Below, piece after piece: positions 50,806-60,470 of a stretch of DNA of 62,405 nt. A program made the translations under genes and the position numbers. Below the pieces are notes generated by a model, which was not told where the DNA came from, searched no databases, and saw nothing but the letters and a program-made list of their open reading frames with translations. Position 1 is the stretch's first letter. Each line of letters begins with the position of its first letter. The stretch is from a virus: IMG/VR virus record IMGVR_UViG_3300049027_000037, positions 1-62,405 of that record. One strand, written 5' to 3'.

Positions 50806-50905
50806 ATTTCGTTAACCTTGGCCAACGTACTCAGCTAACCCTTGCGTACGTCGGTAGCGCTAAGTTACATTATTTATTGAACTTTCAGGATTTTATGAAA
50901 TTTAA

Positions 50906-52327
50906 TTATCTCCCCTTGAAGAACCTACTATACACCGCATATCTGCAAGCATCCAATGCGTGGTTAAACTCATCTACCGGCTCGGTGGTTATTATCTTAC
51001 CATAACATACCCATTGGTAGTTGTTCAGCTCCATCTTCATATTGACTGACCCTTTGGTGTAATGGCATGTATACTCTTTTAGCTTATCAATACCGGCTCT
51101 TATGCTACCCTCCCCCTTAATAGCAGGGAACGCTGCAACACTCAATAGTCTTAGCTCAGCAATTTTAGCGGGGATATGGTCGCAATAAACTATCTGACCG
51201 TCTCGGTACCCGTTATCAATCATTGCTTGCTTGATGTCCTTAACGGGCATACTTGATGCGTAACAGCACTCTTTGAAGTATACATTATCGTTCTCAACTG
51301 AGCATTTAACCAAGGCGTTGATACCGGTGGTCTTGCCGAAGTCTAGCCCCCAGGTTATGCGCTCGACATCTGTCGGCCACTCGGGTATTTCAATCCAGTC
51401 GGAGTAAATTAATATGTCGGTGTTCGGCTTCGGGTCCTGCTGGTAAAGGCTGTTATAACTAACCTGGCTTAATTTCTTTTGGCTGAGTACCTTTTCCAGG
51501 CTGTGTTTTTCAGGCCACAATACTTCACCCGGTAAGCGGGTATCGTAGTCGTTTATATCCTCGGTCCTGATAGCGGGGAATTTAATCACTTCCCATTCGC
51601 CGGGCTCCTCAACCAATAACCGCCCGCAAAGGTCGTTCTCGTCCCACCGGGTGTTCATAATCAGCTGTTGGCTGCCATTATGCAACCTGGTCCTAAACAC
51701 ATCTACATACCAGTTCCATGCGCTTTCGCTAATGGTTGGAGACTTAGCCTCGTCCCGGTCTTTGTATAGGTCATCAATGATGCCAATATCAACCGGCTCA
51801 GAAGTTAACGGGCCGCCCCGCCCCACCGTCTTTAGTGATCCTTTCTTTTGGACTATCTCGAACTTATGTTCAGTGCGTGAGTAGTTGTCGTAGTTGGTAC
51901 CGAATATCTTACTATTGTTCAGCTTGGTATCCGGGAATACTCGATCATATGCCTCATTGTCAATATTACGCTGAATAGCCCGGTTAAACCCGCTGGCTGT
52001 ACTGTCGCCATAGCTGGCAATAGCGATCTTTAAGTTAGCATTGCGCCCCAGCAGGTAAGGAGGGAATAAGCGGGTAGCCAATTCAGTTTTGCCGTGTTGC
52101 GGGGGCAACAGGATCATCAACTTCTTAACCTGCCCTTCTGCAAACTGGTTTAGTTTCATGCAGATGTACGCATGAAACCATTGCATTTCGTAATCTGGCT
52201 TAATGTATTTGACGAACGGGCTGAAGTCGGTGCGGGATTGACGCATTAATAGCTCACGCGCGGCATGTATCGCCTCGATTAACGCCTTGCGCTCAGCTGT
52301 TAGTGGATAACTTTGATGTGAGCTCAC
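50906..52327 (-). CDS. terL: terminase large subunit
   Basis: Walker A LLPPQHGKTE, Walker B-like GIIDDLYKD, and C-terminal nuclease motifs including HALDACRYAV. Confidence 0.85.
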   Translation of the reverse strand: MSSHQSYPLTAERKALIEAIHAARELLMRQSRTDFSPFVKYIKPDYEMQWFHAYICMKLNQFAEGQVKKLMILLPPQHGKTELATRLFPPYLLGRNANLKIAIASYGDSTASGFNRAIQRNIDNEAYDRVFPDTKLNNSKIFGTNYDNYSRTEHKFEIVQKKGSLKTVGRGGPLTSEPVDIGIIDDLYKDRDEAKSPTISESAWNWYVDVFRTRLHNGSQQLIMNTRWDENDLCGRLLVEEPGEWEVIKFPAIRTEDINDYDTRLPGEVLWPEKHSLEKVLSQKKLSQVSYNSLYQQDPKPNTDILIYSDWIEIPEWPTDVERITWGLDFGKTTGINALVKCSVENDNVYFKECCYASSMPVKDIKQAMIDNGYRDGQIVYCDHIPAKIAELRLLSVAAFPAIKGEGSIRAGIDKLKEYTCHYTKGSVNMKMELNNYQWVCYGKIITTEPVDEFNHALDACRYAVYSRFFKGR

Positions 52328-52733
52328 GCAGCATCATTTTTAATTCATCATCAGACTTCATAGATAACGGCTGATCAGGCACACCGGCAAACTCTGTCCT
52401 TTCGATATAACCGCGCTTTTTGCCCTTGGTTTTAAGGTAGAATATAATTGCTGTGTCACTGGGCGGCACAGTATAAACTTTTGACTTACCCTGATCATCA
52501 ATACCTTGCGATACACTAATGCCTTCTATTTTTTCAAATAGCTTGCTCTCAACAAAATCAATTGCTTCCTCTCCTATATCCTCAGTGGCTAATTTGTATT
52601 CAGGGTCTTCCTCCAGCCACCTGTAATGTGTTTGCCTAGCAATACCCACCACAACACATGCAGTTTTCACAACCCCTAAAGACTTTTTAAGGGCTTCAAT
52701 CATCGCCTTTTTATTGATGTCACTATTTGTCAT
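52293..52733 (-). CDS. terS: terminase small subunit (HTH)
   Basis: ACVVVGIARQTHYRWLEEDPEYK is an HTH. The gene lies immediately upstream of, and overlaps, terL. Confidence 0.6.
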   Translation of the reverse strand: MTNSDINKKAMIEALKKSLGVVKTACVVVGIARQTHYRWLEEDPEYKLATEDIGEEAIDFVESKLFEKIEGISVSQGIDDQGKSKVYTVPPSDTAIIFYLKTKGKKRGYIERTEFAGVPDQPLSMKSDDELKMMLRELTSKLSTNS

Positions 52734-52783
52734 GAAGTTATGTCAAAAGTACTTACTTTCAATGGTTTCTGAAAATTCAATTA

Positions 52784-52984
52784 TTACGTTCCACGTGCAA
52801 CCTTTTTGTTACACTTCACCAACTCCGCCCTCCCCGTCCTCGTATTATAACACCACCTGCTACCATAGCTCACATTAGCCTTTGATGGCCGGTGGTCAAT
52901 TGTCTTATATACGGTTTTGCGATTAGGGAAGTGGAAGGCCTCAGCAAGTCCCAGGCTACCTAGTTTGACGGTTGTGTTTTTCAT
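52784..52984 (-). CDS. hypothetical protein
   Basis: 66-aa ORF. Confidence 0.45.
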   Translation of the reverse strand: MKNTTVKLGSLGLAEAFHFPNRKTVYKTIDHRPSKANVSYGSRWCYNTRTGRAELVKCNKKVARGT

Positions 52985-52994
52985 AGATCATAGT

Positions 52995-53360
52995 TTATAC
53001 TTTCCTCACCAGCACCCAGTTCTTGTTAGTGTCGAGTCCTTTGGAGGCGAGAAGACTTCGTAGGCTTTCTTTTGCCGTATGCCACCATACCGGGCGATCA
53101 CCGTTGTAATTGTACCAGCGATTACCAACCGGAAGCTCTTCCACTATCCCCTTCGCCACATCCTCCGTCATCTCCCTCACCGTTCCTATTAACTGCCAGG
53201 AGCCGGGTGGTAAAGTAATCTTTCGGAAATTATAGATACACGGCTCGCCTTTATAGTAAACCAGATCGCCGGGAGATAAGGGGTTGTCGATTTCAAAGCC
53301 GGTTGCTCCCTCCGGCACCTCGCCCGCGTACACGTTATTTATTAGCAGGGTTGGTGTCAT
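52995..53360 (-). CDS. hypothetical protein
   Basis: 121-aa ORF. Confidence 0.55.
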   Translation of the reverse strand: MTPTLLINNVYAGEVPEGATGFEIDNPLSPGDLVYYKGEPCIYNFRKITLPPGSWQLIGTVREMTEDVAKGIVEELPVGNRWYNYNGDRPVWWHTAKESLRSLLASKGLDTNKNWVLVRKV

Positions 53361-53539
53361 GGGTGTTGTTCGTTTACTTCATCTGATTCAATAAAATCGT
53401 CTTCATCGGTTGTTATGATAACCTGCACCTGAAACCTCCGTCCATCATCAAGGACGCCGTCAGCAATTGGCTGCGTTGAACTAAGTTCATAACCGCTCAA
53501 TTCCTTTTTCAACTCGTCAATATCAATTGTCTTTTTCAT
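53357..53539 (-). CDS. hypothetical acidic protein
   Basis: 60-aa ORF with a 4-nt overlap onto the downstream gene. Confidence 0.45.
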   Translation of the reverse strand: MKKTIDIDELKKELSGYELSSTQPIADGVLDDGRRFQVQVIITTDEDDFIESDEVNEQHP

Positions 53540-53584
53540 CGTTATCGTTTTACGGGTAATTACCCTTTTTGTTGTAGGTATTGC

Positions 53585-54349
53585 TTATTTCGGTTTCCTT
53601 TTCGGCGGCTCAGGTAACGGCTTCCAGTGGGTTATTTTGCCGCCCCTCGCGTCGGTATAGTAATCGTCTCCATCTTCCTGATCCCAGCACTCATGCACCT
53701 CATTGAACGGTCTGACAACAATCCCGTCGTAGGTGTCATTAACGAGGCAATAAACGCTGCTGTCACCGTCCTTGTAAGGTAACCGGTCGTTAACGTCGAT
53801 CCAGCTATCCACCGCCTCCTTCTGCTCTGGCTCGTTGGGGGATGAGGTTCGCAAAATATCGTGTATGCTAGAATGTTTTTTCAGTATAGAATCAGCAGCA
53901 TCTATTCTTTTTTGGTGTGCATCAGGGATCGCATTATCTCCTGAAATTCTTCTTACCAATTTCAATATATCCCGTAAAGCCAAACGCAGTTCGTAGCTGG
54001 CGTTAACATCCCCTTCCTTTGAGGGGGATTCGTCGTACCATTCCCAGCCATCGAGATAAGGCTTTTCCATTTCAAAGAGGGATATTTCACCATCGGTTAC
54101 ATGTGCAGGATTATCGCCGTCTCTCCACTTTACTCGCTTTTTATGCCCCGGTAACCGATCGGAACACTTTACCCACTCGCAACCTGCCGGGTGTTGGGCG
54201 GCCGCGTAACGAGTAAGTAGCGTTACCACATCTTTATAGTGCCAGTAATAACCATTATCGGTTACTAGCGGGGTAAGACCAGGTTGGGCCATAATGAAAG
54301 CGCCTACCGGCTCAGGGATTTCTTCGAGCTTTATTTTTTCTTGTTGCAT
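53585..54349 (-). CDS. DUF551-containing protein (two DUF551-like modules)
   Basis: WVKCSDRLPGHKK... and WIDVNDRLPYKDGD...ITHWKPLPEPP match the DUF551 pattern. Confidence 0.6.
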   Translation of the reverse strand: MQQEKIKLEEIPEPVGAFIMAQPGLTPLVTDNGYYWHYKDVVTLLTRYAAAQHPAGCEWVKCSDRLPGHKKRVKWRDGDNPAHVTDGEISLFEMEKPYLDGWEWYDESPSKEGDVNASYELRLALRDILKLVRRISGDNAIPDAHQKRIDAADSILKKHSSIHDILRTSSPNEPEQKEAVDSWIDVNDRLPYKDGDSSVYCLVNDTYDGIVVRPFNEVHECWDQEDGDDYYTDARGGKITHWKPLPEPPKRKPK

Positions 54350-54360
54350 GTTTAATGGAG

Positions 54361-54504
54361 TTATTGTTTATCGTTCAAATATTTATCACAAAAGTTGTCT
54401 TCGGCCTTTCTGCTGCCGCTAATGTATCCTAAAACCCAACCAAAGGAGAAGCATAATATTGAAAGGAAAACAAGCAAGCATAGGACAACAAGCGCCTTAC
54501 TCAT
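54361..54504 (-). CDS. small membrane protein (47 aa)
   Basis: Trimmed to MSKALVVLCLLVFLSILCFSFGWVLGYI... (ATG 54504-54502), 10 nt after the upstream stop. Confidence 0.4.
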   Translation of the reverse strand: MSKALVVLCLLVFLSILCFSFGWVLGYISGSRKAEDNFCDKYLNDKQ

Positions 54505-54514
54505 GTTTAATGGG

Positions 54515-55543
54515 TTATTTGTATTCGTTGTCAAATTCACGGTTAAGCCGGTTACTACACGGATCGCATACATAGTACTGATGGCCGTTATAATCGGTAG
54601 TAGCCTTCCTTGTACCACACTCTTTACAGGTGCCTAAATCATCGGCCTCCCCCTCCTTCTTCTGCCCGTTAGCGGGTTGGTTGAGGGCTTCACGGGCTAT
54701 TGCAATCATTTCATGCTTTGGAGGGATTATGCTACCCTCATGGCCGCAAATAGACTTCAATGCCTGCTCCATCTTATCGCCCTTCTCCTTCAGCCGTTCA
54801 TTCTCCTGTTTAAGGGAGTCGTATTCTGTTTTAGCCTTGACGCCTCCAAAATCTTCAAAAATGGCTGTAGCCTTTCTCAATAGCTTAAGATCGATATCAT
54901 GATCCGCTGTCTCCGCTGCCCCTATAAATCTATCATACAGTGACTCTATAATGTCCCGCGCCTTCATCTGCCAAGTATGAAGCTGATACCAAGACGTTGA
55001 CATGTCTAAGGCCTGTTTTTTCAGCTTTTCATTCTCATTCTTCAACTCCTGGTAGGCGTTGGGGTTGGTCTCGTCGAGCCATTCGATAACATCAAGGTGA
55101 GTGTTCCATATCCCATCGGCTGTAATGAGAACAGCTCTCCTGAACTCAACCCCTGATTTTGGATTTATAACTTTACACCAATAAATTGTTAGTAGCTCCT
55201 TTGGCTTATCACTTGCCTTCACCCAACCTCCTTGTTGGGCCTTAAGGGATTTCTCGCAGCCCGCCTCATGCCCCGATGCATAACCACTTTGCCAAACGTT
55301 TTCAGTTTTACTTTCATGGCCTGATTCGGTGGCAAGGATATTGTCGTATTTCTCCTTAAGTTCATCATGCTTAACCTTCCAAGGGGCATAGGACGTAGCC
55401 CCGATAAAGTAACCGTCTCGGTAACCATACTTATACGCCGCAACCCTGCCGCTTGCCTTCTCATCAGTAACTTCATCGGCTTCGTTTGATATGCTTTCCA
55501 GTAATTGTACTGGCAATTCATCCTCGGGTAGTTTATTCTCCAT
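54515..55543 (-). CDS. hypothetical protein with C-terminal zinc ribbon
   Basis: 342 aa with a coiled-coil middle and CKECGTRKATTDYNGHQYYVCDPC at the C-terminus. Confidence 0.6.
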   Translation of the reverse strand: MENKLPEDELPVQLLESISNEADEVTDEKASGRVAAYKYGYRDGYFIGATSYAPWKVKHDELKEKYDNILATESGHESKTENVWQSGYASGHEAGCEKSLKAQQGGWVKASDKPKELLTIYWCKVINPKSGVEFRRAVLITADGIWNTHLDVIEWLDETNPNAYQELKNENEKLKKQALDMSTSWYQLHTWQMKARDIIESLYDRFIGAAETADHDIDLKLLRKATAIFEDFGGVKAKTEYDSLKQENERLKEKGDKMEQALKSICGHEGSIIPPKHEMIAIAREALNQPANGQKKEGEADDLGTCKECGTRKATTDYNGHQYYVCDPCSNRLNREFDNEYK

Positions 55544-55991
55544 ACAAAAACTTTCTTATTTTATCTTTTAATTCAGGTTTCAATAAAGATGAGTTCCAAT
55601 CGTTTAGCACCGCTTCCAGCAGTGGCCGCCAGCCGGTTGCCTGCTCTTTTGTCTTGTCAAAGCTCATTGCCCGGTCAATTGTAAAATCAACCTTATTCAT
55701 TCCCAGCTTTATTCCAGGATGGTCATCTGCGTAGTCGTCTATTTTAGAAAGCAGGCGTATTGCTTCTGCTTTCCAGCGCTTCATTTCGGCTACCTCCCTT
55801 TCGGCAGCTTGCAGCTTGATGGCGTAGGAGGTCAATGCATTAGGCATACTTAATTCGTCGGTAATAAATTCAGCCGCGTCGTTAGATATGTCCTTGTCTT
55901 TTCGTCTATGATAAGCTAAAGCGAATGTAACTATCCAGTTATTGATGCATTCTACTACCTCAGCCGGTAGCTCTGGGTTGGTGCTATTCAT
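55533..55991 (-). CDS. hypothetical protein
   Basis: 152-aa ORF. Confidence 0.55.
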   Translation of the reverse strand: MNSTNPELPAEVVECINNWIVTFALAYHRRKDKDISNDAAEFITDELSMPNALTSYAIKLQAAEREVAEMKRWKAEAIRLLSKIDDYADDHPGIKLGMNKVDFTIDRAMSFDKTKEQATGWRPLLEAVLNDWNSSLLKPELKDKIRKFLYGE

Positions 55992-56343
55992 TGGTGGTAG
56001 ATTTTAATTCAGGTGGCACAGAAGGGAAATATGTCCAGGCAATTATTTCAGTGCTGTCGAACGGTGGCGCTCCGTTATAAACAACAGCCCATTTGCCATC
56101 ACGCGGATTTCTTTTTGAATTGTAGTCGCCAATCCAAACTTCTTTACCATCTGTCACCAGCACATTTTCGTCATCTTTCGGAAGCGATGTAGTGCATCTT
56201 ATCCAACCGTCAAACTGTTCAATATCGGCGGTTGCATTTTGCAGGTCTTCGTTTCTTAGCGCCTTGGCGAGATTTGGTACTTTATCTTCCCATTTCTTCG
56301 CCCAGGATTCAAATTTGTCTTTTCTGTTTTGATCGTTACTCAT
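55984..56343 (-). CDS. DUF551 protein
   Basis: Trimmed to MSNDQNRK... (ATG 56343-56341). WIRCTTSLPKDDENVLV...IIAWTYFPSVPPE matches the DUF551 pattern. Confidence 0.55.
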   Translation of the reverse strand: MSNDQNRKDKFESWAKKWEDKVPNLAKALRNEDLQNATADIEQFDGWIRCTTSLPKDDENVLVTDGKEVWIGDYNSKRNPRDGKWAVVYNGAPPFDSTEIIAWTYFPSVPPELKSTTNE

Positions 56344-56659
56344 TGGTTTGTTTTTGTTGGTTGTACCAGGTGATGAATTGGTAAAGATGCAGGTGCACAT
56401 CTGCTATAGTGCCGTATAAAAGCTGCTCCATGACTTTAGCGAATAACTGTGCCGCGGTTGCATCATCTTTTAACTCAAAGGCTTTCTCTCGAACATTGTG
56501 GTAGACCAGCATAAGCCAATTCCAGCTTGTGTGGTATTTCATTTCAGGCAACTCGTTACCAGTGTTACCACCAAACTCGTCAATGGTATGCCCGTAGAAC
56601 TTACGGCCTTCAAAGCTGGCAAGCGTGACATTCATACTGTCAGTTGTTACTGTACTCAT
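56336..56659 (-). CDS. hypothetical protein
   Basis: 107-aa ORF. Confidence 0.55.
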   Translation of the reverse strand: MSTVTTDSMNVTLASFEGRKFYGHTIDEFGGNTGNELPEMKYHTSWNWLMLVYHNVREKAFELKDDATAAQLFAKVMEQLLYGTIADVHLHLYQFITWYNQQKQTNE

Positions 56660-56670
56660 TGTTTCGGGTT

Positions 56671-57069
56671 TTAGTCGAGTAATTTAATTGACCCCATCCG
56701 GCTCTTTAATAGCCATCCAAGTAGGGCGTAATAGTTTGTTGGTAATTGCTCCATGATGCCGCCTGTGTTATTCACTATAACCGTCTCGCCTACCTTCTGG
56801 TAATCCAGATGAACGGAACAGTACAGGTTAGCGTAATAGGGCTTGTGCTCTTCTGTCTGCTGAAATCCGGCTTTGTATAAAAGGTCAATAATTTGTTTAT
56901 ACTTACTACTTTGTAATAATAATTTGAAACATTTATTACAAGTAACTTCATCAGGATATTGGGTTAAATTTTCAGACGATGATCCACAAATCGGATCGCC
57001 CCAGTATTCGCAATTATCACCCTCATGCGGTGCCTCGTAACTTGCGTAGTGTGTTTTGCCCTTTCTCAT
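56671..57069 (-). CDS. hypothetical protein
   Basis: 132-aa ORF. Confidence 0.55.
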   Translation of the reverse strand: MRKGKTHYASYEAPHEGDNCEYWGDPICGSSSENLTQYPDEVTCNKCFKLLLQSSKYKQIIDLLYKAGFQQTEEHKPYYANLYCSVHLDYQKVGETVIVNNTGGIMEQLPTNYYALLGWLLKSRMGSIKLLD

Positions 57070-57626
57070 CTCACCCTCACTTTTAACCGGTTCAACAATT
57101 CCTCTTTCCCTTCACACCATCCTACTCTATAATGCTCAGGGAAGGGTTTACCTGAGCAATCGAGGTGAACAGTACAAATGCCATCAACACGAACAGATAG
57201 CGCCTTCTGTGAGACTACAAAGCCTTTGGGGCGGGTGGAGACGTGCATCCATTCGGATACAGTGTCGCCGTGTATGCTGATTACCGCCTTCGGGCATTCC
57301 AGGTAGCGGGAGGGGCCGCAGGAGGCGAGGAAGGCGATAATGAGTACAGTAACTACTTTCTTTACGCCGAATAATATTGATAACCCTTTCTTGCCGCCAC
57401 CAATCCATTCAATTACCCAGTTGTGAGGCAACCTTAGACCGTCGCACTTTTCTTCGCTCATAATGTCCCTGAATAACAAGGATGCGTTTTCGTCGTATTC
57501 TCTTTCGGCAATCAATGATACTTGATCGGACAACAAGTGAACGTGGCCTACTTTGGCAAGCTCTACGACAAACTGCAGGTCAGCTTCAGTAAACCGGTAG
57601 CTAGTGCCGGGATTTAGTTTTTGCAT
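57066..57626 (-). CDS. single-pass membrane protein
   Basis: 186 aa with an internal hydrophobic segment VVTVLIIAFLASC. No in-frame start codon lies just upstream of it. Confidence 0.55.
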   Translation of the reverse strand: MQKLNPGTSYRFTEADLQFVVELAKVGHVHLLSDQVSLIAEREYDENASLLFRDIMSEEKCDGLRLPHNWVIEWIGGGKKGLSILFGVKKVVTVLIIAFLASCGPSRYLECPKAVISIHGDTVSEWMHVSTRPKGFVVSQKALSVRVDGICTVHLDCSGKPFPEHYRVGWCEGKEELLNRLKVRVR

Positions 57627-57650
57627 ATATTATTTTTGAGTGGTTAAAAA

Positions 57651-57670
57651 GGGAGGGTACGGGGAGGGGG
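57651..57670 (+). other. G-quadruplex-type motif
   Basis: GGGAGGGTACGGGGAGGGGG has four G runs of at least 3 with loops of 1-3 nt. It sits in the 44-nt intergenic gap after the methyltransferase stop. Confidence 0.6.
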
Positions 57671-58525
57671 TTACAGTAGCGTTTGTTGCATTTTTGACGC
57701 TTCCACTGCTTTTATATTCTTAACCGCCACATCAAAATAACTTTGCTTTAGCTCGATGCCTACCCCTTTACGGCCCATTTTAATAGCTTGATATACTTCG
57801 CTTCCTATACCCATGAAAGGCGTAAAAACAGTATCACCCTCATTTGAGTATAGCGTTATCAGGCGCTGAATGGTCGGAAGCTGTAGCGGGCATATATGTT
57901 TTTCATCTTCTTCAGCTCGGCCTGGTATTGCGTTGAGGGTGTCGCCGTAGTCAATATCCATCCATACAGGGGAGGCAAACTTTTGCCAGGTATCTACATT
58001 GATGCCGCAGGTAACTGGGCTGGTTCTTTCCCCGTCTTTACGGAACACCAGGACGTAGTCAGGAATACCGACGCGGCTCATGGTCGCATCTTTTTTAACT
58101 TGCTTATGGAGCAATCCAAGCGCCTTTGTGCGCTGCATTTCGGTTACCGGGTTCTTCCAAATAGTAATTCTGGAATGGTAGACAAAGCCCGCATCCTGAA
58201 ACAACTTGATCATAAGGCCGCTAAAGTCACGGAGCCCGATATATCCCTCTTTACCTTTTTGAACTGGCAGATCCATGCAGTGCACCGCTACGTTTCGGCC
58301 TTGCATTGTTATTCGGTATAATTCGGGCACCAGGAATGAAAAATGCCGCTCGAACTCCTGATAGTCTTTGCTGTTTCCCATGTCCCTATAATCGTCAGAA
58401 TATGTGTACAGGTCAGCAAATGGTGGGCTGAACACTGAAAGCCCTATTGATTCACTTTTAACTTTGGCGATTTCTTCAACACAATCGCCATTAATAAGTG
58501 TGGCGTTGTTAGTTTCAGTTCTCAT
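57671..58525 (-). CDS. DNA methyltransferase (N6_N4_Mtase family, beta class)
   Basis: Motif IV SVFSPPFADLY precedes motif I VFTPFMGIGSEV. No cognate endonuclease is present. Confidence 0.85.
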   Translation of the reverse strand: MRTETNNATLINGDCVEEIAKVKSESIGLSVFSPPFADLYTYSDDYRDMGNSKDYQEFERHFSFLVPELYRITMQGRNVAVHCMDLPVQKGKEGYIGLRDFSGLMIKLFQDAGFVYHSRITIWKNPVTEMQRTKALGLLHKQVKKDATMSRVGIPDYVLVFRKDGERTSPVTCGINVDTWQKFASPVWMDIDYGDTLNAIPGRAEEDEKHICPLQLPTIQRLITLYSNEGDTVFTPFMGIGSEVYQAIKMGRKGVGIELKQSYFDVAVKNIKAVEASKMQQTLL

Positions 58526-59802
58526 GCTGCTATTGCTTTTGTCATTAAGTATTGCATTTCTTCAAATTGCCTTTGCTTACGCTGAATAGATTCTTTTACA
58601 TTCCGCATTGTGTCTGTAGTAAGTAGATGAATATTTACATCATGATCCTGACCGAACCGATAAGAACGCCTTATAGCTTGATAAAGCTTTTCAAATGAGA
58701 AATCCAAGGAAGGGAATATTTGATTATGGCAGTTTTGATAGTTCAGGCCAAACCCTGCAATGGATTGTTTGGTAATAAGGCGGTTAAACTTACCCTCAGC
58801 AAACCCTAATAACATTTCCTCTTTGTACTCCCTGCTGTCACTTCCTGTTACTTCTACAGCGCCGGGGATCATTTTTTTCAATTGCCTTCCTTCTTCATCC
58901 TGCTTTACCCAAATAATAAAGCTTTCATTTGTGCCGCTTACTATTTCGGCGGTTCGCACCATCCGTTGGCCCATAGTCCGTTTTAGTTCTTTATTGAATT
59001 CTGTAGCAGATACCGCCATATCATTAAAGAGACTAACACCACGGCTGGGCGTCTTTATTTGTTCTTCGATGTAATTGATGGCCGGCAGATCATAACCAGC
59101 ATCATCAAAACCTATATCCGATGGCTTTGAAAGCATTATTGCCCATTGGCGAATGAACTGGTAAAATCTTTCAGTAGCATGGCCTTTTATTCTCCATTTT
59201 GCTGTTTCGCCGCCATCATGCACGAAAAACATTGAGAGCATTTCAGTTCGGCTCATGGAGTTAAGAAACTCTGAATGGTTACCTAATTCCATTGGGTCGT
59301 TAGGAGCTGGGGTAGCAGTACAGGCAAGTTTGAATTGAGTTTTAGCGAATGACTCAATAATCAGGTTCCTGTATGCACCCTCAAAGTTTTTTATAATACT
59401 GCTTTCATCTAATACAACGCCCGCGAATTGCGATGGTTCAACTGTATGCAGCTGATCATAATTAATAACTTGTATGGCGGAATCTACACCCACCCTATCA
59501 ATATCTGTATATCCAAACTTGGATGCCTCCTTTAATATCTGACCAGATACCGCCAGCGGGCAAACGATTAACACCGGTTGCTTTTTGTAGTCAGATACTT
59601 GCTTTGCCCATTCCATCTCCATGAAGGTTTTACCTAAGCCGCAGTCGGCGAATATTCCAAAGCGGCCTTTTTCGAGAGCTTCATTTACAATTGTCCGCTG
59701 GAATGGGAACATAGTCCCGTTTGTGGTGCCGGCAGATATGCCAGCTGGCTTTATCTCAAGTCTTTTTGAAGCAAGAAACTGTTGATAGTCCTGTAGTTTC
59801 AT
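58522..59802 (-). CDS. SNF2/DEAD-like helicase
   Basis: Motif I FADCGLGKT, motif II VVLDESS, motif III ACTATPAPN, and motif VI QAIRRSYRFGQ. Confidence 0.85.
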   Translation of the reverse strand: MKLQDYQQFLASKRLEIKPAGISAGTTNGTMFPFQRTIVNEALEKGRFGIFADCGLGKTFMEMEWAKQVSDYKKQPVLIVCPLAVSGQILKEASKFGYTDIDRVGVDSAIQVINYDQLHTVEPSQFAGVVLDESSIIKNFEGAYRNLIIESFAKTQFKLACTATPAPNDPMELGNHSEFLNSMSRTEMLSMFFVHDGGETAKWRIKGHATERFYQFIRQWAIMLSKPSDIGFDDAGYDLPAINYIEEQIKTPSRGVSLFNDMAVSATEFNKELKRTMGQRMVRTAEIVSGTNESFIIWVKQDEEGRQLKKMIPGAVEVTGSDSREYKEEMLLGFAEGKFNRLITKQSIAGFGLNYQNCHNQIFPSLDFSFEKLYQAIRRSYRFGQDHDVNIHLLTTDTMRNVKESIQRKQRQFEEMQYLMTKAIAA

Positions 59803-59820
59803 TCTATTCTTTTTACGCCC

Positions 59821-60060
59821 TTAGGGCTGGGTTAAAGTATCAAACAGCGGACACGCCGCGTCGTTTGCTTTAATTTTTTTATGGCCGTAAGCCGTTTTCT
59901 TACCTTTCTGCTTCCTGCAATACTTTGTATCATTGTACTCATGTTTGTATAAGTGAATACAATGTTTGCAGCGGTTGGTTGGCTTAGGTGGCAACTCGGG
60001 GGGTATGTTGAAAAGGTTCATAATCCAATTACTTTTAATATTTCTTCGAGGGTTTCGCAC
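59821..60060 (-). CDS. small Cys/His-rich basic protein
   Basis: 79-aa ORF. The alternative start is MNLFNIPP (ATG 60021). Confidence 0.45.
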   Translation of the reverse strand: MRNPRRNIKSNWIMNLFNIPPELPPKPTNRCKHCIHLYKHEYNDTKYCRKQKGKKTAYGHKKIKANDAACPLFDTLTQP

Positions 60061-60066
60061 TTGATT

Positions 60067-60468
60067 TTAAAATCTCGCAATCTTGGTTGCTTCCTCTCTG
60101 TACAACTGAATGATCGCCTCAAGCTCAACCCTGCTCCACTTTTTCACCGTACGACGTGCAACAGATTCCAGGTATAATAATTTCGGTTCACCGTACCGTT
60201 TCAACAGGCCCGACCGGTAGTGTATAAGATTTCCATGTAGGAAACAGTTGCACCTGACACATTGTCCATTTACATTCACTTCGTTAAATCTCAACAACGA
60301 ATGATGCCCAGCGCTGAAATAATGACCCGCCTGTTCTACCGGGCCACCACAACTGATACAACCTTTCTCGCAATCCCTCAACCGGATATATGCGTTGAAC
60401 GTGTCCTGCGCTCTTTTTAAGAGCTTCGGGAGTGGCAGTTGTTTTTTATCGGTTAGTTTTGGTGGCAT
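60067..60468 (-). CDS. ninG: NinG/Rap-like recombination protein
   Basis: FNAYIRLRDCEKGCISCGG...AGHYFSAGHHSLLRFNEVNVNGQCVRCNCFLHGN matches the lambda NinG family pattern. Confidence 0.85.
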   Translation of the reverse strand: MPPKLTDKKQLPLPKLLKRAQDTFNAYIRLRDCEKGCISCGGPVEQAGHYFSAGHHSLLRFNEVNVNGQCVRCNCFLHGNLIHYRSGLLKRYGEPKLLYLESVARRTVKKWSRVELEAIIQLYREEATKIARF

Positions 60469-60470
60469 GG

